Below, one piece after another: positions 39,991 through 54,029 of a stretch of 64,000 bases of DNA; position 1 is the first letter of the stretch, and each line of letters opens with the position of its first letter. A program made the position numbers and the translations under genes. Where the stretch lies: the NCBI RefSeq assembly GCF_006345805.1, contig NC_042997.1, forward strand, positions 48,918,001-48,982,000. The letters run 5' to 3'. The DNA comes from Octopus sinensis. Lineage: Eukaryota. A model generated the notes under the pieces. That model was not told where the DNA came from and did not search any database. It saw nothing but the letters and a program-made list of their open reading frames with translations.

Positions 39991-40099
39991 GGCCTGCTCG
40001 CTTAGCCAGCGGGGTGGCGTCGTTCGAAGGCTAAAACAATGCGAACGCATTGTGACCAGCGATGTGTAGCAACATCTGATAGTCTGGTCGGTCACGTGA
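39991..40099 (+). mobile_element. ~110-bp GC-rich interspersed element (probable LINE 3'-tail derivative) inside (TA)n
   Basis: Sharp GC-rich island ggcctgctcgc...ggtcacgtgat with (TA)n on both sides; family assignment inferred. Confidence 0.6.
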
Positions 40100-40797
40100 T
40101 ATATATATATATATATATAATATATATATACACAAGATGTTTGTTAATATTTTGTATGGTATAATTTCTTAGGTTTCTTAAAATAAGGACATCAATTAAA
40201 AAAGAAAAGTAAGGTATAATCGAATATTCCCTCTCCAAAGTATTTGTTTTCGTTATTTCTAGTTGATAATATTATTTTTAATTATGTCTATCTTTCAGCA
40301 CGATTTTTGTCGATTCAGAAGAGTTGGCAATGACATATTACATCTTCCGTAATCATAGACTAATGAAATGATAGATTTTGTGAAGCTGCAGGCTTTACCA
40401 AATATAGAGAGCAATAGCAAAAATAGATTGATCAGTTTTTAGCATAGAGTATCTTTTATCCAGTTGGCTACGTTCTAGAAAGACGGAAAAGGATGATGTT
40501 GACGAAGAAGCTCACCGCCTCTCCGACTTTTTATATCTCCCTCACGGTCATTCTTTTCATTTACCTCAGTTCTAAAAATGCTTCCCGCTCAATTCCTCTC
40601 TCTTGTTCACTTTCTCTCTCACCATCCCTCTCTCTGTCTGTCTCTCTCTTCCTCTGTCTCTCTCTCTCTCTCTTTTAACATATATACATTACATGTAAAT
40701 ATGTAAATATATACTTATACATGCACACACAAGTAAATACCTACCTACGTACATACATAGATATATATATATATATATGTGTGTATGTGCATATGAG

Positions 40798-40894
<97 letters not shown>

Positions 40895-41139
40895 ATGTAT
40901 GTATACATGTATTAGTCTCTTGCCCTGTCCTTCGCCAACATTCTGGCTTGCTTTATTTCAGTCCCCGCACTCAATGCCTCTCACGAATTATGTTTCTCTG
41001 AATAACAACTAAAGTTCTATGGAGTCGCATTTCTTTATGTTTAAAGTTATTATATTCAGCTAACTACAATGTTGAAAAAACAGATAGAAATTTATTTTTT
41101 GTTTCTTTTCTATTCATACAAGGCACAAACATCGATATG

Positions 41140-41405
41140 TATGCATGTATGTATGTTTGTATATATATGTATATGTGTATGTGTGTGTGTGTGTGTGTTC
41201 GTCTGAGTGTGTATGTGTGTGTATGTACAGACACAAAAACACATGCATACATATCTGTCTGTGTTAATCTACGTATATAAGTATATGTATATGTATGTGT
41301 ATATATGTGTGTGTATATATGTATATGTGTATATACATATGTGTATATATATGTGTGTGTTTTTATATATATGTATATATATATATATATATATGTATAT
41401 GAGTG

Positions 41406-41468
<63 letters not shown>

Positions 41469-41620
41469 TTTACATATGCATGTATGTATATTATATATAT
41501 TTACATATGCATGTATGTATATATATATATTTACGTATGTACTAATATATATATATTCATATGTATGTATATACATAGATTTATCTGTTTATCTGTTCTT
41601 ATGCATATATGTATATAATT
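41140..41620. repeat. Degenerate (TA)/(TG) tract
   Basis: Direct. Confidence 0.95.
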
Positions 41621-41844
41621 ATAAATATGTGTGTGCGTTTAAATATATTCATAAACAAACGCAACTGCATACGTTTACGTCTACATGTATATATGTACGT
41701 GTGTTAGTGTATTTTAATGGTACGTTCATGCAAAACTTTTTCGTATATCAACTGCATATTTTCCCATCAGAAATAATAGTTCAAATCCACCTTCTTTGTA
41801 ATAAGAAAAAAATATATATTAGGAGCAACAACAACAACAACAAC

Positions 41845-41875
<31 letters not shown>

Positions 41876-42320
41876 GCAACAACAACAATGATAAATCAAT
41901 ATTATAAAAGAAGGTAATCTAAAAACTGCCGTAGCTAAGATATTTATTATTAAAGAATTGTTTTTAGAACCCATTTTCATTATTAGATCTAAAATACAGT
42001 GAGGAAATTTTTTTAAATAACGTTTTGAACATTCAATTTCCTATTTTTTCTCTTTTTATTCAAGATTTTTGCTTACTTTTTTTTTATATTATCTACTTAT
42101 TCAATCTACACTGCAATTATTGCAAAAACATGTTGTTGTTGTTGCTGTTGCTGCTGTTAAGAAATAAAAATTGAAGTACAATAGCAAAATATTAAGCCTA
42201 CGTACGAAGATTTGTCTGTCTTTCCCTATCTCTTCTTGTAAGTACATACACACATACACACACATATATATATGTATATGTATATATATATATGTGTGTG
42301 TGTATATATATGTATGTATG

Positions 42321-42353
<33 letters not shown>

Positions 42354-43699
42354 GGGATATGTATGCATTAACCACGAGATGATTTCTAAATATTCCATAA
42401 TTTCTTTTTGCGGTATATATAGTTGTCCATTCTTGCCGGTTATTTTATTGGTATAGACATCATATCATCGCTACTTGCTTAGCACCTGCTACTTGCTTAG
42501 TTGTTGTGTTTTCTCGATGGTTTGATGTGGCACTTAAATAAACTATATTTTCAGTGTCAAGACTCACGTGCATCTACCTAAAAGAAAGCTCCCCAACAGT
42601 GGCGAAAATAAATTTTGGGCAGAAATCGGAAAAAATCCAACTCATCGATTAAATTTTATTTTTGGGGGAATTGCCCATCAAGGTTTTAAATTTCTATTCA
42701 TAGTATGTGTATTGTTATCAATGACGTTAAAGAGTATTGGTCAATGAGAATTGCAGTGGGACAGAGTAGTCTTTCGAAGCCTTCTGTAACGCTTGGTTTA
42801 ATGATGCTTACACATTCAGTATCCTGTGCTCCTGAAAGGGCCCTAGTGGGGCTTATATTTTTACGTTATTATTTATTAGCATTGTTATTTTTCTTCAGTT
42901 TTTATTTTTGTTTCTTTATCGAGTCCGAAAACAATGACTTCGTTGTCACTTTTCTAGTCACTTCATTTAATTATTCAAGTGGTGCTTGTACTACTTTAAA
43001 AAGCACCTATTGGTAACATTCTTATAAAGCAAAAAAATAATCATATAATTATTGCTAACACATGCATGAATGTAACTATCTTTGAAAATGTTGCAATGCT
43101 TAGGATTAATGTTGCCTTATTTTAAAATGAGGCTACAGTAATTTAAAATTAGGCTTGTTCTACTAAAATTGTAGAGCAATTATTATCTTTAGTCCGCTTT
43201 AGTACTTTTTAGCCACCAAACTAGTGCCATTATATTTTTTAATATAGAAGTAATCTGACGGTTTCAATAATTATGAGAAAATAGCATCGTGTATAGCTCA
43301 TAGCGTCATAACAAAATTAAACCTCAATGATTAAGGTTGTCACCGTTAGTTGAATAGACTTATTTAGAAATTGAATAAGAAAGATAAAAACTGTGTATCT
43401 GAGATGGCAACTTTTGTGTACCTACTTCATAACTTTTCTGATAACACATTTAAGTTTTTCCCCAAATTTCACTTATTTTTAATATTCTTTATGACAATTT
43501 TTATTGTAATAGCAAAACATACAAAAGTCAATAAATGATATTAAGTTTAGCAACGAAAATGTGTCACCAATATCATGTAGATACCTGCTTCATGTATTTA
43601 TTGAAAGCCGCTCGATCAAAAATATCTATATGCATTTTTTATCATAGTAGTCTTTGAATGAATCTTTAAAATCATCCCAATAAAGCTTAATAAGACCGT

Positions 43700-44620
43700 T
43701 TACTATTGCAAAATACTGAAAATCAATATTAATCAGCAATACCACACACTTCGTATAAAAAGATATCAAATTAGATTAAATCCAATACGGTATGTGATAG
43801 CAAAGATCGTTACAAAAATGACAGCAGACTTACAATAACTGAGGAGGTCATAAAGACTATATGAGATACTGCTTTTTCAAACGAAATGTGTGAATAAAAT
43901 CCAGGTATCTTGAAATATTTACTATTAAGCAAACGATACGCTACCTGGTAAAGTTGATGAAATTTTTCGGCGATTATGAAATAAAAGCTAGTTCAAATAT
44001 TGAGAAAAACTGAACTCTCATTCAGATTAAGTAGATAACAAAGCCTTTCCCGCAGTGTGTATGCGATATTTCAATGATGATTGACCACCGAAAGAAAATA
44101 TATATTTGCAAAAATACTTGGAAATTTATGCTAGTTGGGTATCTATTTTCATTGCTTTGAGGTCTTGGTTTGGTGAAAACAAGTTCCATTAGAAAATTTT
44201 TATATCGATTGCAACTAATGATGTTGCATCAATGGTCGAAGGCGTAAGAAATCAATTTGTCCAGGAATCATTGCAATACAAGATTTATTCTAATGATAAT
44301 GAGCGTTTTATTCTAATGTTAATGAGCAGTACGTAAAAATTATTTCACATTCAGAAATAAGTTGGATTTCCAAAGAAAATTTCTTAACATGATAAACCTT
44401 TTTGATAGCATACTTAACTTTCTAGAAAGTGAAAGGGATGGAGATAGTTCTGACAAAAAGGGGGAAAAACACAAAAATAGCATATATTATTTAACTTGGG
44501 TATTCCAAAAGCTTAATGATGCATCACTTCTACTTCAAAGAAAATTCACTTCACTGGCTAATTGTAAATCAGTATTAAAAACATTGAGTGAAAAACTGGA
44601 AAATTTTCAAGCAAATTGAC
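43700..44620 (+). mobile_element. hAT (Charlie/Buster-like) transposase relic
   Basis: LFDSILNFLES...IYYLTWVFQKLNDASLLLQRK...CKSVLKTLSEKL and upstream VPLENFISIATNDVASMV resemble Charlie/ZBED5-type transposases; many stops. Confidence 0.65.
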
Positions 44621-45363
44621 ATTAAAAGATTATTCAAAACAAAAATGAAAGTAAATAGAAAATGGGAATTGTGAAGTTTGAAGTGTTAAGCAATTACGAT
44701 TTGAAGAAAGAATTCCATTAAAGTAGAAGTTATAGAGAATTATTGATACAGTGGAAGGTGAGAATACATTAAAGGATGGAGAAAATAACCATTCGCTGGA
44801 TCATTATTTATTGCATTTCTTATTGTGTCAGTATTAAAGTCATAATGTAATCACAGAATCTCTAATTCTTATTGACTCAACAGACCTTTCGCCCTTTATA
44901 TTTTAAAGATAGGAAGAAATCTGGAGTTCGCGGTTGTGGTCTTCGTCAGCAACGATTAGTCCATTGAAGAATGCATAAAATATTTTAAGTTCAAGTGCCT
45001 ACACAAGAATCGCCAGTTCTAGCATCCTTCCTGCATTGTTCACGTCCCCTCTAAACGTATGACAATCGCACATCTCGCTTTCTGTCTCACTTTCTCTCTC
45101 TCTCTCTTGCTGTCACTTTCTTTCTCTTTCTCTCTCTTTCTCTCTCTCTCTCTATCTCTCTCTCACTCTCTCGCTGTATTACTTTCATACGAATGGTAAG
45201 AGCCCCAGACTTCAGACACGACAGTAAACACTCATGTCAATTCAACGTATTTATCTCGTCCATCGGCAGTGTCACGTCGGAAGAAGAGCTCCTTATGCAA
45301 TGTAGTGTTTTCTAACACATTCATATGTACACACAAATTCGCATGCACACACACTCGTATAAA

Positions 45364-45403
<40 letters not shown>

Positions 45404-46474
45404 TGAACTTGTCGAAAATGCACCTAAATTTGAAAAACTTATTTATTTACATATATACCAAACTAGTTTCAGCAATATTTTTGTTTATCAATACTAAAAA
45501 AAAATTAGAATTGTGAATTAGAAAAAAATGTTTAAAAGTTTCAATGTTGACAAGTTTAAATGTTCATAACAGTCAATAATATAAAACTGTGGATCATCTT
45601 GTTTAAATGCACAAAATTCAATAGGGTTAGTAGAGGTCGACAAGAAATGAATATCATCAAAGTTTTAGTCATAGTGAGTTTTAAGAGGGAGAAAAACAAG
45701 GGAGAAATGAAGATAGTGAAAAAAAAGAGGGTTGGTTTACATTTCTGTGATTCTCTTTCCGTCGTCAGCAGGAACTTTCGCTTGTAACGGCGTTTATTGG
45801 AATCCAGTGTATTTATAATGATTTCCACGAACGGAACTGATTTCTGATTCATTGTTTTCTTGTTTTTCTGGTGGTTAAGTTTTTCCTTCTGCCTGTTTGG
45901 TTTCCTTGTGGAGAAGGGTCATCAGCCGTTCCAGTTGTTTGATTCTCTTAAAGGGTAATTTTGTTGTACTTGCTGAGGTTCGGTTTTGATCGGAGGTAAA
46001 ATTTAATTGGTCTAGGGTTAGGTGATGTCAGCAACTGGTGTTTATATGGTGTTATTATATGGTGATTTGCAGTTGCAGTTTCGAAACCCGGGCGGAAAAC
46101 TGTTAATAAAGTTTTTAAAATTGTCTGTTGCATCTGGTTGCTTTTATTTTTGTTTCTTTAATGAGAAATTTAGTCTTATTTCCTTTTTCTCTTTAGTGAT
46201 TTTCTTCTTTCTAAAGGATATTCAGCTATGGTCAATATTTTTTAATGAGTAAGTTTTCCTTAAGCGTTTCAGCTTTAAAGCTGCGGCCATGCTGATATAT
46301 TATATATGTGTGTATGCATATAATATATAAACGCAATAGAGGACAATAAAAACATTCGGACAGATAGACAATACAAAGGCAGACAAGAGAAACAACAATT
46401 ACAAGGAAAGGCAAAAAATGACGGGTCATTCGTGGTCTTCTTTCCACAGTCAAGTACCAGACTTCACGACCATT

Positions 46475-47121
46475 TCTGGTAGTTACACTTGAAATGGTTT
46501 GATCTGGTTGCCCGTTGGTCTCTCACTCAACTGATCCCCACTCATAATAATCAATGAGGTTGCAATCTCGGGAGTTAGGTGACCAGATGTTAAGGATGGC
46601 ATGGTCGCAGAAATCGCCGAACAGCCATGACTGGTTTCCCCTGTTTGTGTGGCATAGTGCACAGTCCTGTTGCCACACATAGGGTCTTCCACAGCCACCC
46701 TCTTGACCCAGGGCAGCACTACCTCCTCCAGGCACTTGATGTAAGCCTCCCTGTCGAGTCTGAAGCCGTGTGTGGGAAAATGAATGGAGGCATAGCATCG
46801 CCATTACTAGTGATCGCTCCAAACACTATGATGTTGACTGGATGTTTGATTTTTATCACTCACGCTACATGTTTTGGGACACGGCAAGCACTCAGATTGA
46901 CCCCAAAACACTCTGATGTGTTCATATTAGAGCTTCCGACGCGAAAACCTAGCAGTACAGCATGTCGTTTCCAAATTTCTGGCAGAGTGGCTTGAGTCAT
47001 GGTGCTATTTTCTCACAGACGGCTCTACTATATTGTATAGTCGACAAAATCAAAAGCAAACAAAGCGCATGCGTGGAATCAAAAGTATAAAATGGCGATA
47101 ATTTACTCATCGCACCGTGTA
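46475..47121 (-). mobile_element. Internally deleted mariner (maT/DD37D-like) relic
   Basis: Left end tacacggtgcgatgagtaaatt; MTQATLPEIWKRHAVLLG; KHPVNIIVFG; YVWQQDCALCHT...IWSPNSRDCNLIDYYEWG. Confidence 0.88.
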
Positions 47122-47189
47122 TGTGTATACATATATATATATATACGCTCAAACACACACATACACAGACACATACATATATATGTTTC

Positions 47190-47400
47190 ATTATGTTAAG
47201 CCCTTAATCCCTACATATTTTTTCTCACTCCGTTCTTTTCTATTTTTTTGTTCTCTCCATTTCTTCCCTCTCCATCCTTTCTATAAAAGTATGTAGGCTC
47301 GAAACGTCAAAGACCTTTCCATTCTTCCCAAGCGTCAAACTCCCGCTTATTGTTTCCTCACTTGTCTTCGTATTTCGTTTTCTGTAAATGTGATCTGTAT
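47190..47400 (+). mobile_element. PLE-like terminal repeat with decayed minimal hammerhead
   Basis: cttt CTATAAA a gtatgtaggctc GAAAC GTC aaag at 47277-47312; same family as 50460-50630. Confidence 0.6.
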
Positions 47401-47568
47401 TTATTTATTGTATTGCAAAAGTTATTCATCACATCTTGACAAATATATAAAAATATTGAAAAAACATGTAATATACATATGTACACACACACACATGTAC
47501 GTATGTATGTTATGTGTATATGTATGATATTTATGCATGCATGCATGTTTGTATGTATGTATGTATGT

Positions 47569-48867
47569 CTCTTCTGTATTTGATCATTTAAATTCTTCCT
47601 CTGAAGAAGAAGATGGGTTCTAACAAAAGTACGAAGCTCCATCTTTGGAATGCAGATAACGAAAGCAACGTAACATTTTAAACCTGGGGAAAGTCTTGCA
47701 TAATTTTGCAGTTCCGCTTACAGAATGCATTTGTATTATGTACGAATCAGTTGGTTGATTACTTTTTCTGAAAATCGAAGCTTATCCAGATTGACAGTTA
47801 GGCATTTACTTACAAAACCAAGTGTTCCGGTTATTATTGTAAATTTGCAATCCGGATTTAGAAGCTGGAGGTTTCGAAACAGTTGTACATAGTTATCTTC
47901 TTTTTCTTTGATTTTCAAAGAGATTTTCATATCAGCAGGTCAGCTGACTTCTATGACGGTTTATTCTTTTCTTGTCTGTCCCAAACAATATCCGGTCTGT
48001 TATGCTTACACTTGACAGGTGTTTTGATGGAAATGTCCTACCAGTATTCCTGCCCTGGTATTTGTGTATGATTTCAATAACAGGGGGATTCTCTATATTT
48101 ATTACAGGACAATCTTTTTTCTCGAACGGCCTAGTATATTGTTTTTGCGACAACGTCATATCACATAGGGAGATAGTACTCTGATGACATTGTCGGGCAG
48201 TTGCTAATCAAAAGTATAAAATGCTCATCAGTTTTGAAAAGGTAGAAAAGGTAAAAAAGTTTTCTATGAACTGTGGAGAGACACGATAATTTAGTGATGG
48301 TGGCGGTGTGCATACATTATTTTCGATCTTACTTTGGCAGATTTTAACCAGTTCTCAGTTTTTGCATCGAGAGAGTCAAGTCATTTTTTTTTCTTTAAAA
48401 AAGAAGCTTGTTGTTGAAGTTGCTTCGCAGTAAAGGTGCTTAATTTGGGGTAAGATTTGTCCCAGGAATTTTTTAATCGCTTCATATATCTGATAGAAGG
48501 GTCTTCACGGGCATTTTCATAGCATCAAAGTAGATCTTGGTTTAAATGTAGAGTCCAAGTAAAATGAGAGGAGTACTTACGTCTTCTTAGATAGCTTACT
48601 GATGCTGTTGTGTTGTTTTTGTCGGTGGTAGTGTTGTTAGTTTCAGCCATAACCGAGTTAGCGAAATTCGAGGGGTATAAAGAATATTTTTAAAATCCGG
48701 TCTGAATAATACTACGTTAGTAGATAAGAGTTGTTTCTCTTATTTATAATGGGAGAAATAGACCAGTTACTGGCTTAGGCTGGAGGAGCCGGCATAATGT
48801 AGAAGGGAACCTTCAAGAAATATTTTTTAAAACGGCCCTCTGCGCCTCATCTGATGTTTACGGCGCC
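47569..48867 (-). mobile_element. Internally deleted R4/Dong-like element (5' UTR, N-terminus, RLE, 3' UTR) within (TATG)n
   Basis: YMKRLKNSWDKSYPKL (N-term); CPTMSSEYYLP..DVVAK, KCKHNRPDI, KIKEKEDNYVQLFRNLQLL (knuckle/RLE); (gtat)n on both flanks. Confidence 0.8.
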
Positions 48868-49914
48868 GTATGTATGTATGCATGTATGTATGTATACGTT
48901 GGACTTAAATGTCTTTAAAAACAGTGGCAGTGACTTCAAATTTCGTCTCAGTCAAGCAAAAAAAAACTGCTATTATATACCACGATCAGCCACAGAAAAA
49001 AATGTTCGATTAAATATTAAACAGCAATATTTGGAAAATCGAAACCAATGTAATAGCGAAATAACAAAACCAGAATTTTTTCTTCTTCTTCTTTTTTCGT
49101 GCAACCGGTTCTAGAGCATGAATATAGCACCCAACATCACGAGAAAAGATTTTAGCTTTGATCAAAACTATTTCCTTCCATCAATGTTATTTTTCTTTGA
49201 GTTGAGTAATTAAATTATTTGTTCCGATCAGATTTCTTTAAAAACAATCAATTGATATCTATTTAGAAGGAAAATTTAATAACAAAATATTTGGTCTGAT
49301 TCTTTTCTATTATTCTTATCCTTTTCATCAACACTGTCGACACTTATTTTCAATAGTGTCGGCTTTAATTTGTACCATTAGTTCTGGTCTATCACCAATA
49401 GATATCCCTTTGTTTTAAAGGTTTGACTTGGTGAACTACTATACATTTTCAATAAAAGTCAGATCTAGAGACTATCCAAGTGGAAAAAAATATCACCTAT
49501 TCTGATTTCATAATCTCTTTGAGAATCTGTTTCTCGAATTTCGTGATATGAACTGAAGGATAATTATGTTAAGTTATTGACGGTATGGAATGAGTTAACT
49601 CTTGGAGTGAATAATGCTTTTGTAAGCAATCTCGTTATATTATACGGTGACACTTATGCTACAAACAATATGTGGTTTGCGCCATTATACAGCCGACTCA
49701 AAATCGTTTTGTTAGATGTAAGCAGACTTCCTTGATTTAATATAAGATATTATAATGGCCAAAATTCAGATAAATCCGTGTTAAAACAAATTTCAATTTG
49801 AAAAGACTTTCAGATTTAAACAAACACACACACACATACTATTCATATAAGTATATATAAATATAAGTATGTATGTGTGCGCGTACATGTAAACATATAT
49901 TTTTTTACCATGTA

Positions 49915-50627
49915 ACCAGCCATGTCTTTTCTCCAGACTCCCCGTTTTTTCCTCTTTTTCTTCTCTGGACTTCCTTCAACCATCAGACCAAGATCCATAT
50001 CCAAAATGCCATGATTTTAGTTTCAATTTTCTATCTCTACGTCCATTTGACTTCAGTTATTTTTCTTTCACTTCTTGAAGTCGTGTTTCGACGTCGATTT
50101 GCTCCTCAGCATAACCCATACCCCACCCTTGCTTTCCCCACTCTCGCCTTCCCCACCTCCCAACACCATCACACCACTACACCATACACCACCATACCAC
50201 ACAACACCTCATCACATCACATTACACCACCACGCACACACTAGCACTGACCACTTCCCAGCCCCACATCCACACACCCACACATATACACACACACACG
50301 TCAAGATCACCAGCCCTCTTCCACATGCACATACATACTCTCTTATACACACACATACGCACCTTCGTTTTGGGATCCCCACCACTTTATTATCTCCCCT
50401 TCTTCCTAGCTCCCCTGTGTGAGCCCACTGTCCGGCATTCACCATGATAGATCGCTAGCCACTACACATTCTTTATTTTCTCTCCTTGTTTCCTTCTGTG
50501 TTCCTTTCTGTGGAAGAGCGTAGGCTCGAAACGTTAAAGACTTCTTCACTTCCCGGCGTTAAACTAATACATTCGTTTGTTGTCTACACCACCTGTCTTC
50601 GTGTTTTGTGTTTTTTTGTGAATTCTC

Positions 50628-50630
<3 letters not shown>
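49915..50630 (+). mobile_element. 3' end of a Penelope-like element with minimal hammerhead motif
   Basis: Endonuclease-end-like remnant LLEVVFRRRFAPQHN; motif cttt CTGTGGA a gagc gtag gctc GAAAC GT T aaag at 50504-50539. Confidence 0.55.
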
Positions 50631-50700
<70 letters not shown>

Positions 50701-51106
50701 GTACATACATACATACATGTATGTGGAGAGAGAGTATGCATACAATAAAATTCTAATATACTGAAGCAACATAATCCATAAATGCAAATATATATATATA
50801 TATATATATGACAACCATGTGTATATATATAAACAAACTTCTACGATACAGAGAAGAATGTGAAATTTTCGAAGGCAGCATTGCCGTTAAAGCAGCAGAA
50901 ATTATTGATAATATTAACCTTACAAGGCGAAAAAAGTTGTCAACAAACGATCGTGGGAATTTAACCCACATCCCACAAGACACCGATTGAGTGTTTTACC
51001 ATTAAGCTAAACTGCCTGCGTCGATGCTGCGTTCGACAATTTCCCCTTCTTCTTTGTTTCGTAAAATACACATTCGACGCTTCTAATAAAAACAAAATAT
51101 ACATAA

Positions 51107-51169
<63 letters not shown>

Positions 51170-52849
51170 GTGTGTAAATTTATATACAATTATTGAAATA
51201 ACCGTTTCAGTCTCAAAACTTTGACTTTCGAATTTCAAAGTTACATATGTCGCTTAAATACAATTGCCGGTCGATGAAGGAAAATCTTATAATATAACAT
51301 TTTAAATTTACAGTGACACTATATAACGTATTCTTGTAAAACAAATGATAGCAACGAAACAGGTGGAACTTGAGCAAACAAATCTAATATGTACATACGC
51401 ACACCTCTCAATAGACAAATTTAAATGGATAATTATTTGTACTTACTTAATGACCAAAATATTAGATCAAAGTTTGAATGATATATTCTGTAGAGTACCT
51501 TATTGATATAAGAATGTAATTGCAGCTGCAGTTTTCGATATTTTGAGATGAAAACCTGGAGACTCAAAGGGTTATTTGTACATATTTGTACGTATTTGTG
51601 ATGCTGTTTCAGTATATCTAGATATTTGACTATACACATGCTTTAGTTAACTCTATTGCAGTGGATCATGCGCAGTCGTAAAGTTAGCATTAATTTATCA
51701 GTAATACATCGCATCGTATATATTGAAAGATAACCAGGTCCAACCTTTATATCTTCTTAATGAAGTAGAGCACTTCATGATACTAATTTATATACATTTA
51801 TTCTCCGAAAGCTATCATGGCTATTAATTTATGTATTTCCTTCATTTCTGGTCATTCTGTTGTCTGCAGCATTTTGTTTCTTTTACGAGAATTGCATAAC
51901 ACATAGCTATAATAAATTTGATATGTATATTCTATAAGACCGTTCTTCTTTGGTTATGATTGTGTGTGTAACACATGAAACACTGATATATCAAATTTTG
52001 GAGTCTCGTTATGGTCACTATGTTTAGATAGTTTATTCAGCAAATATTGTAATTAGCTCTGTCTGAATATATCTAGTAATATCGAGGCATCACCATTGTT
52101 ATATCAATAAATATATCATCGTATAATACATGAATTAGTTTTCTGTACGCTTGTGTGTTGTGCTTGCGTGTGTGTGTGCGCAAATGTGCATGTGTGGGCA
52201 TGTATGCGCGCGGGTGTGTGCGTATGAGCTTCATAAGAGACCTGTCTGAATTCTTTCCTTTGATGCCCCTTGTACTTAAAAGGGAATGTAAACATGTCCT
52301 CTTTGTATTGAAGTGAGATCAATAATTTTTGTGTAATACTAATACTCATTCAACAATATGGAAAGATATTAAAACCAACTTTGAGTTCATTAAATTTTCA
52401 GTGAAATTTTCTAAATGAACAATGAACCAACGTCTAGCAACTGAGGGTTATTTCAGCGTGATGTCTCACGTAATCTCTGTATCTGAGAACAAAGGAACTA
52501 CAGCGCTCTGAAGATTGAATTGTTTATATAACACGCACAGAGCTATTGAGTGAATAGCGAAAAAATATAATATACCTCGTATTAAATATGTTAACAATTA
52601 TTTTTATGTGTATGGCTTATAGGCGTCAGATATTTTTTATTCTCAAAACAATTTTATTTTTCTACACCAGCCAGTCTTCAATTTTTTTGTATATTTACTT
52701 AGTGATTCCTGCTTTCACTACCTCGCCATATACAATGAAGACTATTCTTTGTTGATGGAATCATAAATAAGCCCAAAACATGGCCAATGTTGTTTCCCAT
52801 ACTTGTCAAAATATCTAAAATAATATTAAACAAGTGTCTCCTACTTCAG

Positions 52850-53195
52850 CTACGAGCCGACTTGTGAAAGAATTTGATAGACAGAAGCCGTGTGAAAGTC
52901 AGTGTGTGTGTGTGCGCGCATGCGCGTACATGTGTGTGTGTGCATGTGTGTATGTTGTATGCGTGTGTCTGTCTCTGTGAATATTTTGGGGTCTGTGTTT
53001 GTCCCACCCCATCGCATGACAACCACCTTTGGTTTGTTTACATCCTCGAAACTTAGCGGCTCAGCAATAGATACGGATAGAATAAGCACCAAACATTAAA
53101 AAAGATAAGTACAGGAGCCGTTCTGCTTGACTGAAGTACTTCAAGGCAGTACCCCAGCATGGCCGCAGTCCAGTAACTCAAACAAGTAAAAGATA
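52850..53195 (+). mobile_element. Diverged 3' part of CORE-like SINE
   Basis: acttagcggctcagcaa...ccccagcatggccgcagtc. Confidence 0.75.
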
Positions 53196-53364
53196 ACAAA
53201 TATTGATTTTTTTCTTCACCTCATAATGATTGCCTGTTTAAATATGTTTGCATCGAACAGGCTAACACTAACTTGAAATTTAATTTTCTGGTGGGTGATG
53301 CTTCGGAGTTATTAAACATATGGCACATCCTAAATATCAGAAAAATTCCAATAATTCTAATATA

Positions 53365-53775
53365 GGCGCAGGAGTGGCTGTGTGGTAAGTAGCTTGCTAA
53401 CCAACCACATGGTTCCGGGTTCAGTCCCACTACGTGGCACCTTGGGCAAGTGTCTTCTGCTATAGCCCCGGGCCGACCAATGCCTTGTGAGTGGATTTGG
53501 TTGACGGAAACTGAAAGAAGCCTGTCGTATATATGTATATGTGTATGTGTGTGTATGTGTTTGTGTGTCTGTGTTTGTCTCCTTAGCATTGCTTGACAAC
53601 CGATGCTGGTGTGTCTACGTCCCCGTCACTTAGCGGTTCGGCAAAAGAGACCGATAGAATAAGTACTGGGCTTACAAAGAATAAGTCCCGGGGTCGATTT
53701 GCTCGACTAAAAGGTGGTGCTCCAGCATGGCCGCAGACAAATCACTGAAACAAGTAAAAGAGTAAAAGAGAGAGT
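53365..53775 (+). mobile_element. Full-length CORE-like SINE
   Basis: ggcgcaggagtggctgtgtggtaagtagc...gtggcaccttgggcaagtgtctt...gaaacaagtaaaagagtaaaag. Confidence 0.93.
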
Positions 53776-54029
53776 ATGCGAGAACCGTGTTGTAAAATGT
53801 TTGCAAAATATTAACTCGTGACAGAAACCAATGGTTTTCCCGCAACTGTATCAAGTTCTGTTGCATACTTTTAACTTAATGTATTCATTCCATCAGATTC
53901 TCATCTTCTCACTCCTCGTACGGTGTTTGTCTCCAAAATGTCCAGAAAAATCTTTGAACATATTCCATTTTCTAGTTCTTTCCCCGCATGTAAGGTATTC
54001 CTTTCTCATTGCATCCATCCATCCATTTC

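Noticed and set aside
44915-44955. Minus-strand CTGACGAAGACC motif
   Set aside because: The 3' half (GGTCGAAAC) is absent
45750-46140. Possible PLE 3' end on the minus strand with CTGACGA...GAAATGTA
   Set aside because: Protein similarity and stem pairing too weak to support
48740-48867. HDV-like ribozyme at the R4-like 5' end (ggc-tcctcca-gcc resembles P3/L3)
   Set aside because: No P1, P1.1 or P2 partners could be found by eye
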